DNA of 58,025 bases from Phoronis australis. Its lineage: Eukaryota; Animalia; Phoronida. The stretch spans positions 1 through 58,025 of the forward strand of contig NMRA01001088.1 of the NCBI GenBank assembly GCA_002633005.1, given 5' to 3'. The notes under the pieces are model-generated. The model saw only the letters and a program-made list of their open reading frames with translations. It ran no database searches and had not been told where the DNA came from. A program made the position numbers and the translations under genes. Shown here in pieces: positions 1 to 14,600 of this stretch. Numbering within the stretch: position 1 is the first letter of the stretch; every line of letters starts with the position of its first letter.

Positions 1-159
1 CACGAGCAATGCAAAATGCCAATTGTCAATTTGGGCAACTGGACGAAGGACTGTTTGAACAATAGTGATTGTTTTCGCTCGAGCTCAGCTCCCTCACATC
101 ATATTCTTGGTCTGCACACCGTTCACTACTTTCAGTCCTTAATTGCGGCATACACTGTA

Positions 160-1728
160 TAGTCAGGTTCACTATGTCCAAATTTTGACATTCGTTGGAA
201 TTTTTTGAGGAAAGTGGAAACTATACATTTTTGAAACCTCATGGAATGACGAATCAGAAAATAATTGATTCCATTTTTTCGGTGGTCATTGGCGGCCATC
301 TTGGATTTTCAAAAAGAGCAACCTACGTGTTCTACGCTTAGAAAAAAACGATCAAGAAAAAGCAGATTTATTGATAATACACTGTACATCATGCAGTTCT
401 GGCATCACATCAAAAGGTCCACCAATCTCAGCTGATGTTTTCTTTTCACCTGACACAGATTCACTGGTACTCGTCATTGCCTATTATGACAGGCTTCTCA
501 GAAATACTTCAGTGCCCATGCCACCTGGGATTGTGGACAATATTAGGTGCTGTCTGGGCAAATAGCTCTTCCTGCTCAATGCGCAGCAAAATTTTTGTAC
601 TGCTTATAAAGTAACAGGTGAACCTTTTTTCACATCAGCCCCTTTTACACATGCATACTCACCACAGGGTAGACACAAATAGCATCCCAGAGCTGAGATG
701 GTACCTCTTCTGTAAACATATGGCTGCCAGCGACAAACGTCCACCAACCATTGGTGCTTTGAAACAGCATGTGCTGAGGGTGTTTATTCAAGCCAGAGTG
801 TTGGGCCAAGCAGTCATTGCTATACAGGAGTTCCTTGATCCACTGCAGAATGAATTTACAAGGACAAAGATGACCAGCTAAAACACTCACAACTGAGGAG
901 CTTCCGGCGCCAGAGGCTATCATTGAGATGGTTAGATGCCATTGCAAAAACAATTCTTCTTCCCAAAGACGCTCTTGCCGATCAAAGGACCTATCTTACA
1001 TAGATCTATGTCAGTATAGTGCAGAATGTCAGAATGGTGACGATGATGTGATTCCTGGTGACAGTGATACCTATAGTGATGATCTATAGACGGATTGCAA
1101 AGTTTTGAAGGGCTGTTGACACAACAAAAAACATTACTTTCATGTTCTTCAAACGTAAATAAGTTGTTAAGGTACTGGTATCTTGAAGGCAACAAGCTTC
1201 GAACAAAATATGCAAGAAAGTAAGATAGTGATCACGCGTCTTATTACTTGAAGAATGCATTTAGAAAATGTGGCTGCTAATAAATGGGGTTTTGATCATG
1301 TTTCTCATTAAATAAGTTGCATTTTCAGCTTTCTTGAGCACAAAAATGTGGGTTCAGGCATTAAAACTAACATTTTAAGTGACCCAAGAGCAAATATGCT
1401 GAGGAAAATGTATTTTACGGGACCATTTTTAAAAATCTAAGAAGGATGCCAAAATGGCGCCCAAAAATCAATTCCTTGACCTGAGAAATGCAGGTGTAGC
1501 CATAAAAGCCAACATTCTTATTGATCCAAAATTGAAGATATTGGGCTAAAATCCATTTTACCGGCGCCATTAATGAAAATCCAAGATGGCCGCCAAGATG
1601 GCCGCCAAAAATGGAATCAATTATTTTCTGATTTGTCATTCCATGAGGTTCCCAAAAATGTATAGTTTCCACCTTCCCCAAAACGTTCCAACAAAATTAC
1701 GTACATGTACATGTAACAAACCTGACTA
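160..1728 (+). mobile_element. Academ (AcademX-like) DNA transposon, internally deleted relic
   Basis: Termini TAGTCAGGTT (160) / AACCTGACTA (1728); subterminal inverted repeats about 195-311 vs 1573-1692; 3-bp flanks GTA/ATA; internal broken coding pieces FSPDTDSLVL (XPG/PIN-like), PPTIGALKQHVLR and a decayed Cys-rich tail, as expected for the AcademX XPG + Cys8 C-terminus. Confidence 0.7.
430..1025 (+). pseudogene. Academ transposase C-terminal fragments (XPG-like nuclease piece, LPPT-type motif, Cys-rich finger)
   Basis: ORFs 371-565 and 618-881 plus the frameshifted continuation EELPAPEAIIEMVRCHCK; stops and frameshifts present. Confidence 0.65.
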
Positions 1729-1929
1729 ATATATTAAAAAAGCAAGATTTCCATTGCACCCCCAGACCTGAACATCCGCGTGTCGATAATTGTTGAAAGA
1801 TCGCCAATTGCTGGTACCATGTCTGCTTATTCCAACCTCCTGTTGCGGGGAACCGCCGAATAATGACGGGACAGGTTTTCACGGACGTAACGGGACAGGT
1901 TTTCACGGACGTAAGGTCGTTTTATCTTG

Positions 1930-3772
1930 GGTTGAAAAATTTTCACATTAAATTTAGACCCTCTGAATAAACTAACCGGGGTCATTTTTTACGGTTTTAT
2001 CATTTAATGATTCACTGGCTCGTTTGTGTATATTTCCACTCGGTTTCGAGTGAGAAATTTTGTATTTTGGGCATGGCTCTCTACCACCAAGACTGCGGAG
2101 GAAACAACGCATGGTCGCTCTGCTTAAACAATGTTGGCAAAACATAAAAAATTAGTGGCAGCACCACTCAACTCCATGGCCGAACCAAAAAACCCATAAC
2201 TCAATGGTAGGACCAAGAAACACAACTCTTTGGCAGTAAGCATATCTCTTCGGGCTCCCGGATTTTCGGACTGTTGCCGTAGAGCTCCCAGTGTGTTCTG
2301 TCATTACTGTCCAGTAGCACTCCCCAATATGGCGTCTTATTGACAACGCGGACTTCATGTACATGCATGTGAGTGGCGTGCCCTTTCTATAGTTTTAAGA
2401 TGTCTATACGTCCAATATTCAGGAAAATTTTGTCAAATCGCAAAGCCCAAGATGTGCCGGAGACGCTACGCCACGTCCCAAATAAGAGTGTTTTTTAAAA
2501 AATTGATCGAAATCCCCTGAAAATTAAGGGGTTGCCCATACAAGACCATTATTCTGTGCAATGACGCACGGATCGAGCGACACCTTCCATTAGTGTGCCC
2601 ACTTCGGCTTCGGTAGAGAAGGGACACACGGACCTACAGCTGGAATACGCATGTAAACTTGTCCCTTCTTGGTCAATGACACCTACCACAGGCATATACC
2701 GTCTTCCCCTTTGGCGGGCGACATAGGGACACATTCGCACACACAGACACGCGCACACACACGGAATGNATGATTCACTGGCTCGTCTGTGTATATTTCC
2801 ACTCGGTTTCGAGTGAGAAATTCTGTATTTTGCGCATGGCTCTCAACCACCAAGACTGCGGAGGAAACAACGCATGGTCGCTCTGCTTAAACAATGTTGG
2901 CCAAACATAAAAAATTAGTGGCAGCACCACTCAACTCCATGGCCGAACCAAAAAAACCCATAACTCAATGGCAGGACCAAGAAACACAACTCTTTGGCAG
3001 TAATCATATCTCTTCGGGCTCCCGGATTTTCGGACTGTTGCCGTAGAGCTCCCAGTGTTTTCCGTCATTACTGTCCAATAGCACTCCCCAATATGGCGTC
3101 TTATTGACAACGCGGACTTCATGTACATGTATGTGAGTGGCGTGCCCTTTCTATAGTTTTAAGATGTCTATAGGTCCAATATTCAGGGAAATTTTGTCAA
3201 ATCGCAAAGCCCACGATGTGCCGAAGACGCCATGCCACGTCCCAAATAAGAGTGTTTTTTAAAAAATTGATCGAAATCCCCTGAAAATTAAGGGGTTGCC
3301 CAAAGAAGACCATTATTCTGTGCAATGACACACGGATCGAGCGACACCTTCCATTAGTGTGCCCACTTCGGCTTCGGTAGAGAAGGGACACACGGACCTA
3401 CAGCTGGAATACGCATGTAAACTTGTCCCTTCTTGGTCAATGACACCTACCCAGGCATATACCGTCTTCCCCTTTGGCGGGCGACACAGGGACACATTCG
3501 CACACACAGACACGCGCACACACACGGAATAACATCTACCAGTAATGTATCAGACATATTGAGCGTCCCATAGACTGCTTGTGTATGACTCATTTTCCCG
3601 GAAAACCGACGGGGACATAGGGACGCACGAACATGAAGACGGAATGACAGCTATCGTTATTGCTTTCCTTTTACCATTGTCGGGTACAAGGCACTGAAAC
3701 CGATAAACGGAGTGATCGACACACATCGAAATTATATCCCCTTCGCCCTACGCTTTTGGCGGGTGATATAAA
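1930..3772 (+). mobile_element. Possible Helentron/HINE-like non-autonomous element (left end approximate)
   Basis: CA-rich microsatellite (about 3500-3526) followed by a 3' GC stem-loop TATATCCCCTTCGCC...GGCGGGTGATATA at about 3733-3770 and an A-rich flank. Confidence 0.35.
2007..3530. repeat. About 760-bp tandem duplication (2007-2768 / 2770-3530) joined at an N
   Basis: Two copies with scattered substitutions; single N at 2769 exactly at the junction. Confidence 0.9.
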
Positions 3773-4290
3773 AGAACGACAAGTAAAATGCTAATAATAA
3801 ACGAATGTATGAATGAATACAATCACCATTATTGCAGCATCTATTTACTTATAACGATGCAAAATATATTAAAAGAATACATACGAGTTATCGCCGACAA
3901 CCATTTTCACCGCCTGTGCACACTTCAATTCCGTGATTTTCTGATTTGAACTTTCAATGAACATCGATAGTGCCGTCAGATTTAAATTTTGTGTTATTTA
4001 TATGCTCTTGGCAGCGACAAGTTGAATTGGTTGCTTTATAGTATGTTTAATAGCTTCATGTGTTTTTTCAAGATCTAAGTACCCGATCTCCGACGTGACT
4101 ATGAAGAGAAATCTTTCGCAAGACAAGGCATACGTGTATAAAGGTCCCCAGAACAAATCCTGTTTTTCGACCTAATGCCCGCACCAACGAGCGAATCAAA
4201 TAACCTAACGTAGAGACAGACCCGCACTCGAACTGCCTTCTGGTCCAGGGTCACTCTTTAGATCTCAGTCAGTTAACATAAAAATCCAGG

Positions 4291-4359
4291 ATGTCATGGA
4301 AGGTGTTTTTGGTTGTTGGGATGGTTCACATATGTAGTTCTGTGGAACTTTATGAAGAC
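4291..4359 (+). CDS. Astacin exon 1: signal peptide MSWKVFLVVGMVHICSSVELYED
   Basis: ATG, hydrophobic core, donor GTAAGT phase 0; conserved in the paralog at 44236. Confidence 0.88.
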
Positions 4360-7300
4360 GTAAGTACCATAAAATTCTATGTGCACTTTTCATTTTAACG
4401 TCGTTGTTGATCCCTGTGTACAATGGCAGTGCAAGACGCTCAGAGATTTGCAGCAATTTGTAATTAGCTGGTTAGCAAGTCACTGACTCAGTGATTATCA
4501 AGACTGACGTTTTGTTCAGGAAAAAGAATGGCACCATTGTAACGCCAGTGTTCTCAAGTTAAAGATGCAAGCATTGTTACACTTAGTCGATCTTCAGTTG
4601 CTTTTAAAGCTTCCTGTTTCTTGTGGTGTGGAGTCGCATAACTGCATGGGCAACTGTTTGCCCACTTGCTTTTTTGCGTATACACTTCCATCTGAATCTT
4701 CGACCAATTTTGTCCCTGTCTTGTTTTTTGCAGTTGTTTTCTTTCGTGATCTTGGGTGTCATGCTTGTCTGTCACAGGGACGGACCCAGGCTTTTGACAT
4801 TTCGCGTTTTCCCCTTGCTCCTAACTTGTTCGATTCTCTAGCTCAACAACATGTAGGGAAGATGACCCTGTAGTCAATATCTTACACGATTGATTAACCC
4901 CATTAAGGCAATTAGGGTTGGAGGGGCAGCTCTCTTTTTGTTGGATAATTTCACTAATCTCCAATAAGATCGTATCTAGTAGCCTTTCTGGGCTGTGCTG
5001 TTAAAAACAAAAGTTAAATGGTAACAAGTTTGAACACAAACCATTATCATTTCTGAATTTTTCATCAAATGTTGATCATTTTTAGTTTTTGAATCGCCAA
5101 AATAGACAAAATACAACCGAAGTTACAACCGTCTATTCTTTCCCAACGCTCTGTGGGTTTGACTGACTGTGTTCATTGGTGGTCTGTAATAAGCCTCGTA
5201 CATAATTGGTCAGCCTGTTGTCATGCCAGACAAAAGACTGTGCTTGGCAGTTAACAAAGGAACTAGATGTTATCACACCCTCACAGCCCTCTACGTCTGG
5301 TAAAGTCACTGAACGGGAGAACGCCGTCATGAGTTATGGGGGGCAGGGCAGAGTGTTAGCCAGGATTTTGCTCGTCAGCCATTCGCACCCCCGAATTGGC
5401 AAACGGAATCTGGGACAATTTTAGGGGTACATGACCCTCTCACATCAGCCATTGCACAGGAAGTAAAATTCAAACAGCGTGTCCCGTGAAGGAGACAATA
5501 GCTGCGTTGATGGTGGACTTAGGAACAAGATCACTGGTTTGAATTCACACAGAGGTGATTAAACTTGAAAAAGCAATTCTTTTATCGTTTTAGACCAGCT
5601 TTATATTCTTGGAATACAAACATACTAGAGGAGATTTTACGAGGTTTCACACAGATTTAAGTATTTTCAACAAACACGTCTATTTTTAATCAACAAAAAT
5701 CCCTTTGCAAATAAAGACGGCCCTTGCGTACACGACTAGTAAATGTTAAAATCTAACTTCACCTGAATTTTCTTATTTTACGTGCATTGAATTAACCAGA
5801 TAGTCCTAGCAAAGCCTCAGTAAAATAAGAAAACGCGAGTTCAATCACGCAAACGTAAACCCGTCAAATGATAAGTGAGGCTGCCTTTTCATGTTCTGTT
5901 ACGTCACCGCGAGATCCCAGCACAAACAACAAATGTATTGAATAGGGGTTTGACTAGAACAGCATTGCGTGCGGGTATTATTCGCAGCTGCTTGAATTAA
6001 AATTTGATTCTCGCGGTGGCATAGAAAAAAGGAAGCCAATACCCCTAACAGTCCGTTACATACAGTATGGCAATTTGTGGCACTAGTGGGCTCAGAGCGA
6101 TGCTCTTAACATACTCATGGAACAAAATTTGCGGCTGTTACGGTTGATGATAGGCTTTAAAAAGAAGCCTGTGACTTGACATGTATTTCTCAGAGTGTGA
6201 CCAACATAAACAACTGCTTTACCTCGAGACCTGCATATAGCTCGTAAAGGTGAATAACCTATCTCAAGAACGTAAATATTTACGCTGATGTCACGACCAG
6301 GTTGTGTAATTGACACATTGAGCAAGTGGTACAGCGACGACAAATAGATTAGATATAAGATCATCCTGGACGGCCAAGCAAGAGGCTCCAGAAACTGAAA
6401 TGGTTTGCAGCTCGACAATCTATCGGATTACACAATCATCAGCAACTCATTTTTATCATTTGTAAATTCTCCCAGCACGCCGATCCAATATAAAACCTTA
6501 AAAAGGTCCCATTTCGTGTTCACGTTCTGCTCACTTGTTATAGTCGATCATAATGTCACTGCCTTTGCTCTTGTGCAACGTTCGTTCATTCGTTTTGTCT
6601 TTCCTTGGTGATGACACAAACTGTCCAGCACCGCAAGGTATAATCAAAAGGGACGGTGCTGTAGTCAAAAGGCGATGGTAATGAATAAGTATACACATGT
6701 GCCCAGCGGAGTTCAAACTGAGATCACAATTGGTATTTTATTGAATATTGTGTGTGATATTTTTCGGACCGCCTGGAATTAGTAGTATGCACTACACCGC
6801 ACGCGTTAACTCTTTCCAGCAGTGAATGGAATATGGAACATTCTACATGGGGAGTGCAAACAGTGAACACGTTCGCTTTGGCACACTTCAACATGTTTAT
6901 CGTCTCCATCGGGGCCTGAAAATAAGACGTTCATACTTATGTTTATTTCGTATTTGAAATTTTTCTGAGACCGGATATACATGTACTGATGACGTAACAA
7001 AAATATGTTTTTATTTTTGCATATATTTACCGGCAGGGATTTCAACCGGTTTAAGTCACTTTTTATGTTCAAGCTAAATGACGGTGGGGAATTCATTCTC
7101 TCCGAGCTAAGCTTCAAGAACTTCATTCGCAAGAGCTACCGTGTGTACAAAAGAGGGATATATGCTTCGCCGCCAATGTTTGACTTGGCGACACCTTCCG
7201 AGAGCGAGATGGGTTACGGTCACGTGAGGTACGGAGAAGGCGGTGATGCAGGAGAAACAGACAACTCTGCATACACGAATAGTGGAGAACATGACCGCAA

Positions 7301-8543
7301 GAAGCGGGGGATAAGAGTTCCTAAATATCTCTGGACGGGGGCAAGGATTCCTTACACCTTCAGGCCATGTGAGTGATTTCCATTCTCATTTCTTAATCTG
7401 TTGTACAAATTAGTTATTACGAAATATCGACAATTTTTTATTTGTGTTTGAACAGCAGTTAATTTTTCGTATACTGTCCCGCCGATATTTTTGATAAATC
7501 AGCTATTTGATACAAAGCTTAATTCTATACTTTTAAACTGACATCGTAATTGGCGGCAATGAGGCATGAATAAGACACACAAAGCTAAATAGAATTACTA
7601 ACATTGAACTCGTTCAACGGTTATTTGGAGCCTTTTCAGTAAAATACTTCGATGTTGCTGCAATATTCATTTTTCTTTTGCGTTTTTTTTTAGCAAAAAT
7701 TGGCTAACTTGATGATGACCCTCGACTTTCCCGGCTCTTGAAAATAAGAAACTCGACCCGTTTAACGTCACTTTTCCCGCTGCTGTCCAGAGGCCCTGCT
7801 GGGGGGGTATGCAATTCCCGCATTAGTGATAGTTTCACAGCAATAAAACACTGCATAAAAGAATTGATATATTGTTGACTAAAACTGGTGATTTTTAAAT
7901 GCTTACCTTCTGAAATTGAATTCATCGTAAAAATAATTTCTTCTTTTACAGTTGAATGTAATGTTCAACTCGACTTGCACGGCTGTCCAGCGCTTTGCTG
8001 TTTCGTACCAAAGCTATTAACTTCAATAAGACGATAATCCTCCGAAAAAACATAATACATCTTCGTCCATAAACAGATCTTTTCCCTTTAAAAATAGTTA
8101 TTGCAGTTGCCAAGAGCATTTACGAGGAAAATGACTACTGAAATCTCAAGCTTGGACAATCTTTCGAAATGTATACATTCAGTTCAGTTACATATAGTTG
8201 AAGCTCTAACTGGTTGTTCAAAGTTATGATGTAAGTGAAAGTTTTTTTTTGCTTTTGGGACTCAGTTAGCACTCACTCACTGGGGATTTTTATGAGTTGT
8301 TTAGTTTTGCAATTGCTAATTTTCTAGCAGGCCGTTGACGTCATCACTTTCAGTGTCCCCACCTTCCTCTCTGGTTAACGCGACACCTGTCAACCCGGTG
8401 CCGAGGACAGAGCACTAGGTGATTCAAACACAGACTGATTAAAATGAAATAAAAACGGCCTTAAACATGCCTTTAAGAATGATATCTACTTTCGTTTTCA
8501 GTAGGTGCATGTATACACGCCTATGTACGACGCACACATTTTT

Positions 8544-8602
<59 letters not shown>

Positions 8603-11600
8603 TGGCCCCAATTTTCGTTTTAGATGTTATAGATGAGGTTGAAATATTCAAGATGAATTGACAATCCTCACCAATGAAAGATATCAGTTGTTCTCCATGA
8701 GTCTCGTACACTCTAAACGTTAATAACTTGATTCATAAATATACCATTGGTTCAAATATCCCATTTTATTGCAGATAAATACACATCGGAACAGAAGGCA
8801 AAAGTCTTTGCAGGCATTGCAAAGTTGAGACAGGCAACTTGTTTAAATTTTATTCACTATCAATCTAGCACCCTTAATGAGCCCTATGTGAGGTTTTCAA
8901 GAGGAGGAGGTGGGTAAGTAACGGGAGCGCACAAGAATGATGTTGAACAAGCGATTATTTTCGATACTTTTGATTTATTCATATCCATTTTCAAATATGA
9001 TTTCTGACAAACTAGAGGTGCTAGATTGCTCATCTACCACAAAACAATATTAAAAAAATTCTGTATTGACTCGTTCACCCAAACTAAATTCTTCCATTTG
9101 TTATGATCATGACTTCTAAGACATATAAATCCGTTGAGAGATAAAGGAATTAGAAACCTAATACACTTGCTCACAAAACGGTTCTTCGGTTCAAGGTGTG
9201 TGCTGTCTTCCAATGACCGTCAACGTGACCCAAAATAATGGTAAAGAGTGCTGATTTACCAGAATTTTTGAATGTGCATGTAATACCTCATTGAGAAAAC
9301 ACGTCCTTTTAATGACTCAGAAATGACAGGCTGATTAACTGCCTGGTATTGGCCTGCAGTTTACACAGTTTGTTTTGCCAGATGTTTTAACTATTGGGGT
9401 ACCCACAGCAGTTTTACATTCAAATTGGTCAGATGATGAGCTCACATTCTCATTTAAAGTTGCTCTGAACCTTCAGTTTAACGTCTGATAAAGAACACAT
9501 ACCGCTATAAAATTGGTCTTAACTTACATGTACCTGTACGCAGGCGAGAAGAATATTCTAGGCTAAACGAAGAGCCGACAGTTCGTCGTTCCTCGCATGG
9601 CTAATAAAATGACACGCCCTTTCTAGCCAACTTGTTAAGTCTGAAATCAAAGCAGTAATGATCGGCGAGTTCTTTGTGGCCGTGAAACAATCTTCACTTT
9701 GATTATGGCGCATTGCGGGTTCTTTGAGAGAGTGATCCGCGTGTTGGCGCTGCCAACAATTCCATGTCGTCCGCCTTTCACGGCTCAGTGGTGGAGACTG
9801 AGCCTACGAAAGGTGGTCGGTGAAACATTTGAAGCGTAAACCCTTTTTGTTGCAAGTCCAAGCATTTGATGAATGCCACCACCCTTTGATAACTTCATTT
9901 CTTTCAAGTGAAAACTTGGCGTACTGTTTTGCACAACAATAAGGGTGCTACTCGTGCGGGAAATCCGAGTCCGTTTGGCAAGATTGACAAAAAACCTCGG
10001 CTAACCCAGATGCGCAAACAATTATCATTTTTAACACAAGTTTTCTTTTTTGCAAAGGCTTAAAACTAGCTATAAAAGCTCATTTTATATACATGTATTG
10101 ATCAACAAGCGAAATTCTAGTAAACACAGGGCACGAGTCAATGGATCGCCGGGATTGACCGAAGTCCCAACGTCCATGGTCGGACGGCAGTTTACAATAA
10201 CCGGTAGGAAAGAAACGTAGGTTCTCTGATCAGGCGGCAAAATGCAATGGTTTGGTGCAACAGCGAGAGGTTTCATCTTCAGTCATAGACGGTTAGTAAC
10301 CTTACAATCCCTAAGAGCACCACACAGGGGTGCTGTGCGTTCTTCGAGTTTGCTTGCTTTCCTTAGGTGGTAGCGAACTGACTCATTCGGGAAATTGCTG
10401 ATAATGGTCATGTGTTATCTTATTTAAGAAATATGTTAGAACTAATGCTGTTCTTAACTGAAGATGATTGTACATGTATACCAGTTGTATATGTATTTCA
10501 TTGATATCAGGTTCTCAACAAATACGGCGACTGCTTTTCAATATGAATATTATTTAATTATTCAGTGTAGCAACAACTAAAATTCCTTTGAGCTGAAAGG
10601 GGGGAAATGAAACTTAATCAACTGTAATTTTCGTTTTTATCTTCTAAATCTGCGTTAAATGTGAAGAGTGCACTAAACAACTTTCGTCAGAACTGTCCCC
10701 CTTCAGGAACTGTCGTCGTAATTATTGTCTTACATTGCCGAGATGAGAGCGATACATGTATACAGTGTACATATATAAACCGACGCCATTATCAAAGTAT
10801 GGAATGTCCGACAAAATGAAGAGACTCGAAAATAATTCACTCTCAACATTTTTAAAGATATCAAGAAGAAATAAAAAACAACCGATATAATACAGTAAGG
10901 GACTTAGCCCACAAGAGCGTCGAAAGGCTCGCACAGAAAAGAATGTCTGAATGAAGCAATACGCCATGCAAATCTGATTATACACAACAGGCAGTGACGG
11001 GCAGCGGTCGTTGACTTACAGGCGCACACAATCACGAACTGAGGGATAGGTGGCAATAAAGTTCATTGTTAGTGAGGCTGGTTGTCTTAGCTTACCCATC
11101 CAATAATTAATAATTCGTATTTTAACCCCATTATTCTACTGTTCTGTCATCGTAACTATCTGCCACCATCATTCGAACAAATCGGAACCGAATCAAATTG
11201 CAATTTTGTTATTGTACACAGCCATTGACGTTAGCTAATGCCTGTATCAAATTTGGTCGGTTGGCCCTTTTAGAAGAAAATAACTAAAGATAACCCATTT
11301 GAGCACAATTTTATAGTGAAAAATATATTTTTGCGATGTGTGGCGGGTTTAAAGCAGCTTCAATGCAAATAAATACCCCTCTTGAATATTTACAGGTGTT
11401 CCGCTACTGTTGGCAAGAAAAGAAGCAGAAATCCAAGATACCGGATTTCGGGTGTCAACCTTGGAAACAGTGGTGACGCGTGTCTGGATGTAAGTATTCA
11501 AAGTAATTCGTAAATTAAAACAAATCCCTGCTCAGCCATCGTCTGCTCCCACATGCCATGGCACTAAGGAATATTTGACCTATGAACTGTTTTTACATTA

Positions 11601-14600
11601 TTTTAGGATATCAATAACTAACATACGCCATTCTGTGAGCTTGTCTTCGTAGACGTTATTTCCGCAACAAAGTTTACGCATTGTCGAGGATATCGCCAGA
11701 GGTTAGCCCCTTAACGGCTCGGTGGGGTTCCTCTTGTCATGCGACCTGCACCAGCTCACGTTTTCTCTTGATATGACCGTGCATGTTGAATTGCTCAAGG
11801 CAAAGAAACACCTTTCAAATGCGTTTCTGTCTTGACTTGAAACAATCTGGAACGCTAATGTACATAATTTGTCTTTTGTAGAAAATTCTGCATAACATAA
11901 TTTGATTTCTTCTTTCACTCATTCCTTGATAGCCTTCGTTCATTAAATTTACGATTATTTTGGCAGTGGTTCTTGGAATCACCTTCAAAAAATGCTTATG
12001 TGTTCACCAAATTAAAATAACATGAAGCGTTATCTTTCATATTTCTAGCTCAGAAAGTACATGTACATACTTCATCGCTGTTATTCCATTGGGTCTCTTC
12101 ATTATTTTAATTACGAATGTTTTAGATTGGGACAGTCGTACATGAAATTGGTCACGCTATCGGTCGATGGCACGAGCAGAGTCGAGAAGATAGAGGAGCC
12201 TTTGTAGATTTCAACCTTGACACTTCGGGAGATGCTTCTCAGTATTGGGTTAGCTCTGGGGAATATAGAGGACGTTCCTTCGTACCGTACGACTATACCA
12301 GCATAATGCATTATGGTTCACGGGTACTGTTATAAATATTGCCTTGCTTACACGATCATGTACGAAAAATGGTGTGCAAAAATTGCTTTCTGAAACAACA
12401 AATAAATTTTTGAGATAGTAAATAAAGATACAGAGTCAACTATATTCATTAAAAAGGTGCTACAAACCGTGATTTTACGCTAATCAGGAGGGTGATATAA
12501 GTTTTCACTTCTACACCTGTTCATGTTTACCAGTAGTTGCAGAAAAATATGTTCTCCTATTTGGAACTTTGCACTTTGCTTTAATTCGCAAAAAATGAAA
12601 TAATATATTCTTGGATGAACCTTGGTGTGTTTTATAAACCATATTCCATGTTCACTGCAGGGTTTTACAGTAATAAACGAAGACGGCATGCGGGCCCTAG
12701 ACGAAGATTTAACTTTCTTAATGAACGGCGCCGGACTACTGTCGTATTACGACCAGAAAGTTCTAAACCTAGCCTATAATTGTTCCCGTAAGTATAACTC
12801 GATCAAAACAATCAAGGCTATCCGTTGTCCTAATTGACGTGATTCCTTCCTTGCCGAAATGCTGTCGAAACGATTGCAAGGATTGGTTTGCGTGGTGAAA
12901 AAAGAAATAACCGGTAGCATCAATTTGGTTCTGCATAATACTTGATACTCATTCGACGCAAATTGATTACATTGCACATTTGTGAGATCTTCGAACTTCC
13001 GATTTAGGACATTGGCGATTTGCCCATTGGATGATTTAGTGGAAATTCGTGTAGCTGGGTTGGAGTCACAACTGTAAACGTAATAATAACCTATAATTAG
13101 TTGTCACATTTGCGGTGAAGATCTGCAATATTTTAAGGCGACATGAGGTAAAATGGTCACCCTTGAAAGCTCAATATTTTATCATGTTATCAATTTAAAA
13201 ATAGTAAGCCATTCTATTCAGAATCGGACACTGATCACTTGATTTTCAATGACATGATTTTCTTAAAGAGAAACCTGTAAAATAATGGGAATGGTTTCCC
13301 ATCAAATATGAATTACAACCGCCCTTTCTCTGACGGAGAAACTGAAACTTCCACATCCGGTAAGTTAGTCAAACTTTAAATCGAAGATTTAAGTCAAACT
13401 TGAAATCGCTTTCTTGAAACGGACTTAGTCAAAATTAAGTTTTATCGTAAAATTGTCTGAAATATGAGACGTGTCTTAACTGAGTCAGTTTTGTTGGAAC
13501 GGACCCTAGGATTGTAATAGACAATTTGAACATTTAAAAAGCGTTTGGTTCTGATGAAATTACAAATGAAACTAGAAAGATTAATGTCACGGTGTGACAA
13601 TAACGGACTCTGTGCGTGCCTATTACTGGAATTATTTTGTCAAGTTGCTGACAGCAACCCGTTTACCAATATGAAACGGAATTCTCTAAAATTGTAGGAT
13701 AAATTACATATTAGTTTGTTGATGACCTTTCCACCAATTGACCTCTTCCGGTGCATTATCAGCCCCGATGAGGGAGTAATTGTAAACTCAATTAAAATTG
13801 TAGTTAATGCTAAAAATCACAGATGCTTTACTTTAAGCACTTCAGAATACAAGATGAATGAATTGGTCAAACCTTTAGAAGAAAAATGCACCCCATCACC
13901 CCATGGGTGCACCAAATGACCTGAAAATGTAGAATTCAAACTCAATCGCATTTAGTAAACAAATATGTAATTTTGAATTCTCTAGCTCAATTTTTTAAAT
14001 TTGCACTCAATGACCTTTGACCTATTTTTTTCTGATTGGTTAGGCCTATATCATAGTAAAGTAGGGTTTCAATTGGCATTTTGACTTTCACTAGTGTGCT
14101 GAAATTGTAAAGAATTCCTTGAAAAACGTAAGACATATATAACATTTTGAGCGTTAGATGACCTTTGCACTAATTGACACTATTCGGTGCATTATAAACG
14201 TCTTCATAAGAATTATTGCAGAGCCCATGAAAAATGTGTTTAATGCTGAGAATCACAGTTGTCTAACGGTTGACACATCAGAATACTTGCTGATTGAAAA
14301 TGTCAAATTTTCAGAAGATAAATGCACCTAATGACCCCATGACCTGATTTGATTTACCTGTGGCAATCAGACCTGTCAATTTGAAGTGTCTAGCTCAAAA
14401 TTTTAGTTTGCACCTAATGGCCTTTGACTTATTTCACCTGACTGGATTACCCGATTACTTAGAAAAGTAATTTTTTAAATTGTCATGTTGACTTATACCT
14501 GTGCACCGAATTTGAAAAAGATAGCTTAAAAACTGAAGGAGCAGTAGCATTTTGAAAATTATATGACCTTTGCACCAAACGACCTCTTCCGGTGCAATAT

